A stretch of DNA of 64,000 bases from assembly GCA_018056375.1 (NCBI GenBank), contig JAGPFQ010000001.1, forward strand, positions 247,361 through 311,360. Reading direction: 5' to 3'. This document shows positions 39,747 through 47,029 of the stretch, in pieces. The notes below the pieces were generated by a model that saw only the letters and a list, made by a program, of their open reading frames with translations, was not told where the DNA came from and made no database searches. How positions within the stretch are numbered: position 1 is the stretch's first letter; the number at the start of each line of letters is the position of its first letter. The position numbers and the translations under genes are program-made. The DNA comes from Candidatus Dojkabacteria bacterium (lineage in GTDB: Bacteria; Patescibacteriota; Dojkabacteria; SC72).

Positions 39747-40832
39747 ATGGAAGATTTAAGTAAAAAAGATATTGAACAATTACAACAAGAGATTAAAGAA
39801 GTTGTAGAAGCTCTGGATATTCCAAAACAGAGAGAAACACTACTCTCTTTGGAAAAAGAAAGCCTTGATGAAAATTTTTGGAAAGATGCTGAGTATGCAA
39901 AAGATGTGATGGATAAAATATCATATTTAAAGAATGATATTGAAACTATTGAAAAACTAGAAGAGAATATTAACTCACTCTCAGATCTTTTCTCATCCAT
40001 AGAGAACAAAGATGAACAGAATCAATTAATTGGTGAATTTGAAAAACTTAAAGAACAACTAGAGAAATTTTCTCTAAGAAGATTTCTATCTGGAGAATAT
40101 GACTCCTACCCTGCTGTACTAACAATACATGCAGGACAGGGAGGAACAGAAGCTAACGATTGGACTCAGATGCTTTTTAGAATGTATACAATGTTTTTTG
40201 AAAAACAAGGTTGGAACTACAAAGTAACTGAGATGACTAAAGGAACAGAGGTGGGACTTGTGACTGTAAGCATGGAAGTAAAGGCTCCATTGGCTTTTGG
40301 ATTTCTTAAGAAAGAACACGGTGTCCACAGATTAGTTAGAATATCACCATACAATGCACAAGGTTTAAGACAAACAACATTTGCTGGAGTAGAAGTTATC
40401 CCACTTTTTGAAAAAGAAGAGGAAAAATTAGAGATACCTGATACTGATATTGAATTCAAAGCTGTAAAGTCTGGAGGTCCGGGAGGACAGAATGTTAACA
40501 AAACATCATCTGCAGTTCAGATAACTCATATCCCAACTGGAATTGTTGTTAACTGTTCAACCCAAAGGAGCCAAGCTCAAAATAGAGAGTGTGCTATGAA
40601 CATCCTTAGAGGAAAACTATGGAGAATTAAGGATGAGGAGAAGTTACAAAAACTATCCGACATCAAAGGTGATTACAAAATAGCAGGATGGGGAAACCAG
40701 ATTAGAAACTACATACTCCATCCATATAAAATGGTTAAAGATTTGAGAACAGATATACAATCTAACAATCCTGAAGATGTACTGGATGGGAATTTAGACA
40801 AATTTCTTGAAGCGCAAGTTAGAATAGAGTAA
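39747..40832 (+). CDS. prfB: Peptide chain release factor 2, encoded as one uninterrupted ORF with no +1 frameshift site.
   Basis: SGGPGGQNVNKTSSAVQITHIPTGIV (GGQ motif). RISPY (SPF-type). An RF2-like N-terminal domain is present in frame. Confidence 0.85.
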   Translation: MEDLSKKDIEQLQQEIKEVVEALDIPKQRETLLSLEKESLDENFWKDAEYAKDVMDKISYLKNDIETIEKLEENINSLSDLFSSIENKDEQNQLIGEFEKLKEQLEKFSLRRFLSGEYDSYPAVLTIHAGQGGTEANDWTQMLFRMYTMFFEKQGWNYKVTEMTKGTEVGLVTVSMEVKAPLAFGFLKKEHGVHRLVRISPYNAQGLRQTTFAGVEVIPLFEKEEEKLEIPDTDIEFKAVKSGGPGGQNVNKTSSAVQITHIPTGIVVNCSTQRSQAQNRECAMNILRGKLWRIKDEEKLQKLSDIKGDYKIAGWGNQIRNYILHPYKMVKDLRTDIQSNNPEDVLDGNLDKFLEAQVRIE

Positions 40833-40845
40833 TATATGATATAGT

Positions 40846-41841
40846 ATGGAACAGGAAACTGCCATGATAATATTCGATAAAGTAACAAAAAAATATTCAG
40901 ACAAAATCACAGCCCTAGAGGATGTATCTTTCTCCCTCGATAAAGGAGAATTCTCGTTCTTGGTAGGACCATCTGGGGCAGGTAAAACTACCCTTCTAAG
41001 ATTATTGATTAGGGAGGAATTACCAACATCTGGTCAGATTATCTTTGATAAAATAGATGTACCTCAATTACCAAATAAGCTTCTTCCTAAGTATAGACAG
41101 AGATTAGGTGTTGTATTTCAAGATATAAAATTGCTTGATAGTAAGACATTAGAGGAGAATATTAACTTTGCACTTGAAATCTTAGGTAAACAAGAGAAAG
41201 AAATTAAAGAAACAACTGATTATCTTTTAGAATTAGTTAAGTTACAAGATAGAAGGAATCTCTTTCCACAACAACTCTCAGGTGGTGAACAACAAAGAGG
41301 TGCTATTGCAAGAGCATTGGCTAATAATCCTGACTTTTTAGTCGCAGACGAACCAACAGGTAATCTTGATCCTGATAGTTCCTTTCAAATCTTAGATATA
41401 TTGAATAGTATAAACAAAGCAGGAACTACAGTAATGGTAATTACACACGACAGAGAAATGGTAAATAAGATGAAAACCAGAGTAATAAGAATGGAAGATG
41501 GAAAGATTGTTTCAGACAGTAAAGGTGATTACGATACTCTAAAGAAGCCAAAAGAGAAAGTTGAGAAACCAGAAGTAAAGAAGATAGATCCAAATATTAA
41601 AATAGGAGATGAAGCTAATGAGGGATTGGAAAAGAAAGCGAGCAAAGTAAAGTATGATAAAGATATGCATGGATTAGATAATGAGGTTTTAGAAAAACTC
41701 TTGAATGCTCAAATAACAACTATTAACCTTATCTTTAATTTAACAGAAGAAGACTTAGACAATATTGATATTAAAGGTGCACAGAGAGATAAACTTGAAG
41801 ATTTCTTAACTGAATATTTAAATAAAAAACAGAAAAAATAA
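40846..41841 (+). CDS. ftsE: Cell division ABC ATPase FtsE with a C-terminal extension of about 100 aa.
   Basis: GPSGAGKTT. LSGGEQQRGAIARAL. Typical FtsE ends near residue 225 and this protein continues to 331. Confidence 0.8.
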   Translation: MEQETAMIIFDKVTKKYSDKITALEDVSFSLDKGEFSFLVGPSGAGKTTLLRLLIREELPTSGQIIFDKIDVPQLPNKLLPKYRQRLGVVFQDIKLLDSKTLEENINFALEILGKQEKEIKETTDYLLELVKLQDRRNLFPQQLSGGEQQRGAIARALANNPDFLVADEPTGNLDPDSSFQILDILNSINKAGTTVMVITHDREMVNKMKTRVIRMEDGKIVSDSKGDYDTLKKPKEKVEKPEVKKIDPNIKIGDEANEGLEKKASKVKYDKDMHGLDNEVLEKLLNAQITTINLIFNLTEEDLDNIDIKGAQRDKLEDFLTEYLNKKQKK

Positions 41842-41842
41842 T

Positions 41843-42769
41843 ATGGATTGGAAAAAATTACTAGAATCTACAAAAAAGAATATGAAGAGAAATAAGTTTC
41901 TCACCATATCTACTACACTTGTTTTTGCTACAGTGTTAGTAGTTTCTTCTTTCTTTATAAGTTTAGGAATAATTGCACAAAAAGGAATTGATTACTATGA
42001 AAAGAGAGCACAGGTAATAGTTTTTTTCAAAAGAGATACTAGAGAACAAGATATACTTAATATTAAAGAGGGACTAAATAATCCAGAAGTAATAGAGAGT
42101 ATTGAATATATATCACAGGAGGATGCTTTGGAGATATATAAAGAGGATTTTGCAGATAATCCAGACCTTTTAGCTACAGTTACAGCAGATTCTCTACCTC
42201 CTAGCCTTGAGATTAGAGCTAAGTCTGTAGATGCCCTACTTGAAGTTATAGAAGATATAAACAAACAGAAAGAAACCAACTCTCAGATAGATGAGATTAT
42301 GTACTTTAAAGATGTTGTTAATAATCTTAAAACAATATCCTTTGCTATTAAGATTTCTTCTTCGTTCTTGATAGGAGGTTTGTTAGTAATAGCTTTCTTC
42401 TTAATAAGAATTACTATTGGTTTTAATATCAATTCACATAAAGAAGAGATTAAGGTTATGAAGTTGGTTGGTGGCTCAAATAAGCATATTAGATTACCTT
42501 ACATATTAGAAGGTATCTTTTATGGTGTTGCTGGGGGAGCTATAGCTGCTACTATAATATTAGTACCTTCTCAATTAATATTATTTAATTTGATGAAGGA
42601 TGCTGAGGTTGCATTTTGGTTAAATCAATTATTAAGAGATATTGGTTTATCCTTTATAAAACCTGTTAATATTGTATTTGTATTAGCCTATTACATTCTA
42701 CATATACTATTTGGTGTTTGTATCGGTGTTGTAAGTAGTTTAAGTGCTGTTAAAAAATATTTAGATTAG
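41843..42769 (+). CDS. ftsX: Cell division permease-like protein FtsX.
   Basis: N-terminal TM, a periplasmic domain and three C-terminal TM. Immediately downstream of ftsE. Confidence 0.75.
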   Translation: MDWKKLLESTKKNMKRNKFLTISTTLVFATVLVVSSFFISLGIIAQKGIDYYEKRAQVIVFFKRDTREQDILNIKEGLNNPEVIESIEYISQEDALEIYKEDFADNPDLLATVTADSLPPSLEIRAKSVDALLEVIEDINKQKETNSQIDEIMYFKDVVNNLKTISFAIKISSSFLIGGLLVIAFFLIRITIGFNINSHKEEIKVMKLVGGSNKHIRLPYILEGIFYGVAGGAIAATIILVPSQLILFNLMKDAEVAFWLNQLLRDIGLSFIKPVNIVFVLAYYILHILFGVCIGVVSSLSAVKKYLD

Positions 42770-42777
42770 TTATAGAT

Positions 42778-44106
42778 ATGAAGAGAAGGAGGTTAGTTAT
42801 TACAATTGGAGTAGTACTCTTAACTGTTGTTTTGTTTGGATTTTTGGCTGGGTTTGGACAAAAGCAAGTATTAGCACAGATTAAATGTCCTTCACATATG
42901 AATCCTGTATCTCAACAATGCTACGATTATCTTAACCAGCAACTCCAAATCTTACAAAAACAACGAGGAGCAATCCAGCAGAAACTCAAGGAAGAAGATT
43001 ATCAACAACTTTCCTTGCAAGAAAAGATTAATTACATTAATGCTCAGATAATACAAACCGAAGAAGAGATAAAGTCTTTACAGATAGAAATAGCTGCTGC
43101 TGAAGTCGAAATAGGTATGCTAGAGAAAGAGATAAAAGAGAAAGGGGATATCGTTTCGGTTCTAAAACAAGAGATTAATAAACTTAGTGATTCTGTTCAT
43201 CAGAGAATTACAGAATCATATAAAAATTCTTTCATCAACCAGTTTGAATTCTTTTTAGATATAAAGAATCTTTCATCAGCATTGAGAAAAAGTAAGTATT
43301 TAGCAACAACTAGAAAACAAGACAGAGTAGCTGTAGAAAAATATGCAAACAATATAACAGAGTTAAAAAAACAGGAAGATATTCTTTCTAGGAAGAAAGA
43401 AACTTTAGAAGAGAAAAAGGATGAAGTAGAAGGAGAAAAACTAGAGATTGCCCAGAAAAAGGAAGAATTAAATTCTCAGAAAGGAGAACAAGCTAGGTTG
43501 TTAGCAGAGTCAAAGGTAAAAGGAGCGCAGTTAGCAGCTCAGTTACAGAGCTTAATTAGACAGACTAATGATGTAACAACACAGATTCAAGCAATAGCTA
43601 TGACCCTTTACAGAACTGGACAGATTCCTATTCATAAAAATGTTGTAGCAGGAGAAGTTTTGGGGTATCAGGGACACACAGGTTTCTCCTATGGCTCTCA
43701 CTTACATTTTAACTTGAGTGGTGTTTCTAAAGGACCTTTTGAGCTTGGATATTTTACTAATAGGAATGGTTTTATAACTAACGGTTCTGTACGTGCACCT
43801 CTTAAAGGAGGAGGAACTCTGACTCAGGGCTATCATAATGGCTATTCAATCGACCTTGTGGGAACATATAGTGCATGGAGTGGACAAAAGTACCATGTTA
43901 AGACAGGAGAGGTTTGCTGTAAAGGAAGTCTCGCATGGATGGGTTGTATCCCTGCTGGCAGTTACAACTTAAATGGAGAAGGAACTCCTGTGGTAGCAAT
44001 CAAGGCTGGAAAGGTAACAAGAGTCCAGACAGATCCATGTGGTGGAAAGTATGTAATTGTAGACCATGGTGGTGGCGAATTGTCTATGTACTTACATTTA
44101 CGCTAA
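42778..44106 (+). CDS. EnvC-like coiled-coil protein with an M23/LytM domain whose motif order appears circularly permuted.
   Basis: Long coiled coil. Then VAGEVLGYQGHTGFSYGSHLHFNL (normally the C-terminal M23 half) comes before YHNGYSIDL...GTPVVAIKAGKV...GGKYVIVDHGGGELSMYLHL (normally the N-terminal half). Confidence 0.65.
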   Translation: MKRRRLVITIGVVLLTVVLFGFLAGFGQKQVLAQIKCPSHMNPVSQQCYDYLNQQLQILQKQRGAIQQKLKEEDYQQLSLQEKINYINAQIIQTEEEIKSLQIEIAAAEVEIGMLEKEIKEKGDIVSVLKQEINKLSDSVHQRITESYKNSFINQFEFFLDIKNLSSALRKSKYLATTRKQDRVAVEKYANNITELKKQEDILSRKKETLEEKKDEVEGEKLEIAQKKEELNSQKGEQARLLAESKVKGAQLAAQLQSLIRQTNDVTTQIQAIAMTLYRTGQIPIHKNVVAGEVLGYQGHTGFSYGSHLHFNLSGVSKGPFELGYFTNRNGFITNGSVRAPLKGGGTLTQGYHNGYSIDLVGTYSAWSGQKYHVKTGEVCCKGSLAWMGCIPAGSYNLNGEGTPVVAIKAGKVTRVQTDPCGGKYVIVDHGGGELSMYLHLR

Positions 44107-44185
44107 CCTCTTCCTACCCTTTGCTAACTCCCCATAATTTTGATAAACTATTAGACATAATATAATTTATTTAACATATATATAA

Positions 44186-45046
44186 ATGGCTAGAACGAAA
44201 AAAAGTACTACAACAAAAACAAAAAGCATGCCCAAAAAGAGTACTGCTAAGTCTCCAAAAAAGACTGTAAAGAAGTCTACTACTAAGCCTAAGGTTACTA
44301 AGGCTAAAAAGGTAGAAAAAGTTGTCAAGAAGAAGATAGAAGTAAAGAATATTGTTGACAATCCAGTCGTAAGATTAATTACAAAGGTAGTAGTCTTTGT
44401 AATAGTAATAATAGGTGTTCTTACTCTTGCAGACCTAGGAGTACAGTACCTAAATAACAGTTACAGTGTAGCAGTTGTTAATGGGAAAAGAATATCAAAA
44501 CATAAATGGCATGATCTTCTTGAAAAATACTATGGCTCTTCTATTGCTCAAACATTGATTAATGACGAAATCATTAAACAGGAAAGCAAGAAAGCAAAGG
44601 TTACTGTATCTAAGGAGGATATACAGAAAGAATTAGATAGTATTATCCAGAGAATTGGTGGACAAGAAGCATACGAAGCTGCTCTTACAGCAAGTAATAT
44701 TACAGAAGAGGAAATTAAGGATCAAATTGAAGTACAAGCTCTCTATGACAAAGTTATCGGTCCTAGCATTACCTATACCGAAGAAGAACTAAAAGCATTC
44801 TTTGATCAGTATGGCACCATGCTATTCCCAACAGAGGCAGCAGCACTCAAAGAAGGTGAAAAATTGGATTATGAGAAATACAAAGATGAAACTAAAGCTA
44901 GATTTATTACAACAAAAGTACAAGAAAAACAGGCAGAATGGTTAAGTGGAATGAAAGAAGAGTATGTTGTCCAAGATAACAGTATTGAAAAACCAAAGTA
45001 CGGTTTCTTAACAATCATTAGAAATCTACTTACAAAGAAGAAGTAA
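44186..45046 (+). CDS. Membrane-anchored SurA-N/PpiD-like chaperone domain protein with a histone-H1-like Lys/Thr-rich N-terminal tail.
   Basis: ARTKKSTTTKTKSMPKKSTAKSPKKTVKKSTTKPKVTKAKK, then a TM, then a SurA N-terminal-like helical domain. No PPIase domain seen. Confidence 0.4.
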   Translation: MARTKKSTTTKTKSMPKKSTAKSPKKTVKKSTTKPKVTKAKKVEKVVKKKIEVKNIVDNPVVRLITKVVVFVIVIIGVLTLADLGVQYLNNSYSVAVVNGKRISKHKWHDLLEKYYGSSIAQTLINDEIIKQESKKAKVTVSKEDIQKELDSIIQRIGGQEAYEAALTASNITEEEIKDQIEVQALYDKVIGPSITYTEEELKAFFDQYGTMLFPTEAAALKEGEKLDYEKYKDETKARFITTKVQEKQAEWLSGMKEEYVVQDNSIEKPKYGFLTIIRNLLTKKK

Positions 45047-45109
45047 TAAGGTTTAGTAAATACGATTAAAAATATCAGGGAAGTAAAATTTCCTGATATT
45101 TTTTAATAA

Positions 45110-45679
45110 TTAAGCAGGTTCAACAATACCGTAAGAGCCATCTTTTCTTTTGTATACCAGAGATATCTTGTCTGTCTTGTTACTTCTAAAAAGATATGAG
45201 TCATAACCTAACATCTCCATCCTTTCAATTGCCTCACCCTCCTCTAGTGGAGACATATCTTCTATCTTTTTTCTTTTTGCAATCTTTGGTACATAATCAG
45301 AATAATCATCTATATGCTCCTCCTCTGGTTCTGTAGCATCTAACACCTCCCATGATTTACCACCACTCCAATGCTCCTTCCTATCTGAATACCTTGTTAA
45401 TCTTCTTACTAATGTATCTACTGCAAAATCAATATTAGCATACATATCCTCACCTCTCTCTGTTACTCTAATTGGTGTTTCTGGTAAATCTACTGAAATA
45501 TCTACTCTAAAATCTTCCTTAGTCCCCCTATTAGTCACTTGTTCTTTAAAAGCTACCTCTAAAGATATGGCATTTTCTAAAAGGTCTTCTCTTTTAGAAA
45601 GTTTCTCTAAAGCATAGTTCTTCATTGCTTCACTAGAATCCATACCTAGGAATGTAAACCTTACATCTTCTAACTTCAT
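45110..45679 (-). CDS. hpf: Ribosome hibernation promoting factor, long form.
   Basis: The N-terminal HPF/YfiA fold is MKLEDVRFTFLGMDSSEAMKNYALEKL...FRVDISVDLP. There is a C-terminal dimerisation domain. Confidence 0.75.
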   Translation of the reverse strand: MKLEDVRFTFLGMDSSEAMKNYALEKLSKREDLLENAISLEVAFKEQVTNRGTKEDFRVDISVDLPETPIRVTERGEDMYANIDFAVDTLVRRLTRYSDRKEHWSGGKSWEVLDATEPEEEHIDDYSDYVPKIAKRKKIEDMSPLEEGEAIERMEMLGYDSYLFRSNKTDKISLVYKRKDGSYGIVEPA

Positions 45680-45786
45680 AGAATATTTTATCTAATATTA
45701 TATATATCCATTTTATACTAAAACATCTTCTCTGTATACTCACTATTGCAGAAAATTAAAGTGAGGGATATAATGGGTACTGTTAA

Positions 45787-45858
45787 TCCGCGATAGCTCA
45801 ATGGTAGAGCAAACGGCTGTTAACCGTTCGGTTCCAGGTTCGAGTCCTGGTCGCGGAG
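45787..45858 (+). tRNA. tRNA-Asn(GUU).
   Basis: Acceptor is TCCGCGA/TCGCGGA (U1-A72). Anticodon loop is CTGTTAA. Discriminator is G. Confidence 0.85.
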
Positions 45859-45866
45859 CATTTTCC

Positions 45867-46931
45867 CTATATTAATAATGATCTAAAATCCCTGTTAAAA
45901 TCATCTAGAGATTCCTCTAGAGCATCAATATTTGAAACAATTCCTTTAGAGACTTCTACAGCACCTTGTTCCTCCTTAAGAATTTCAGCAGTACGCATCA
46001 TCCTAACAAACCAACCTGTAGCATCACGCCCTGCCCTATCAGCTGCAGTTCTAATTGCTATTAAAATATTTCTTCTTTCCATCTCCTCCCAATCACCTCC
46101 ATACAAAGGTCCTACAAACTTCTTCTCTTGGCGTAACATTTGAAGATACTCCTTTGCTTTCTTGAGATTGAATTTTTGAGATATAAAATACTGTGCTAGT
46201 CTTACCTGCCTATGCTTCCTATCTTCATCTGTAATCTCACTACCATCCTCCTTTTTAATCAAATCATCAATATTTGCCAATAATATTGCTTGTGTATATG
46301 GAAGAAGTTTCTGATCAACTAATTCTTGGATAATGGAATCTACACCTTCAACATATTTAATAGCATCACTAACTGTTTTAGGACTTCTACCAACTCTCCT
46401 AGCAAACTCTGCCATAGATAACTTCTTACCACTCTCCTCACGAACAACTTTCAGTTTATGCCATAAATCATGAATAACTCTTGCATCCTGTGCTGCTGTC
46501 ATCTTGTTTTGCAGATTCTCAGACATCTGAATCTCAACTATTTCCTCTGGAGTTAATTCCCTATTAGCTACATTAACCATCACAAACATAGCTTCTTCAT
46601 CTCTTTCCTCTCTTCTTTTGTTAATTAATAATATAGCTTTGTATCTATGTTGACCTGCTATCAAGACAACAAACTTAGAACCATCTTCCAGTGTCTTCTC
46701 ATATCCAATACAAGGTTGTAACTGTCCATGAGTCTCGATATTATCTGCTAAGTTCTCCGTAAATTCTTCATCATGAGGACGAATATTATCTGCAAGAACA
46801 ATATCCTTTACATTTACCATGAATGTTTTATACTGAACATCCTCAGTAGTCTCACTACTCTCACAAGAACCAAAATGTTTAATTTCCTTAAAAGAAGCAC
46901 CAAGGCTTTCAATATCGCCAGAATCTGTCAT
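45867..46931 (-). CDS. Orphan ParB-family protein (ParB_N nuclease-fold domain plus HTH) with no adjacent ParA.
   Basis: VKDIVLADNIRPHDEEF...ETHGQLQPCIGY...VVLIAGQHRYKA. HTH is SMAEFARRVGRSPKTVSDAI. Confidence 0.55.
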   Translation of the reverse strand: MTDSGDIESLGASFKEIKHFGSCESSETTEDVQYKTFMVNVKDIVLADNIRPHDEEFTENLADNIETHGQLQPCIGYEKTLEDGSKFVVLIAGQHRYKAILLINKRREERDEEAMFVMVNVANRELTPEEIVEIQMSENLQNKMTAAQDARVIHDLWHKLKVVREESGKKLSMAEFARRVGRSPKTVSDAIKYVEGVDSIIQELVDQKLLPYTQAILLANIDDLIKKEDGSEITDEDRKHRQVRLAQYFISQKFNLKKAKEYLQMLRQEKKFVGPLYGGDWEEMERRNILIAIRTAADRAGRDATGWFVRMMRTAEILKEEQGAVEVSKGIVSNIDALEESLDDFNRDFRSLLI

Positions 46932-47029
46932 AAATATTCCCCAACAAAATATTTGCTATATATCTTACCACATTATAATATCTATTACCTAACATACAAA
47001 AGATTTAAAATATCTGCTATCATAAATAC

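Noticed and set aside
43935-44361. Small ORFs 43935..44165 (+) and 44167..44361 (-).
   Set aside because: The first overlaps the 3' end of the EnvC-like gene in another frame. The second is antisense to the Lys-rich 5' end of 44186-45046. Both have composition that mirrors the real genes.
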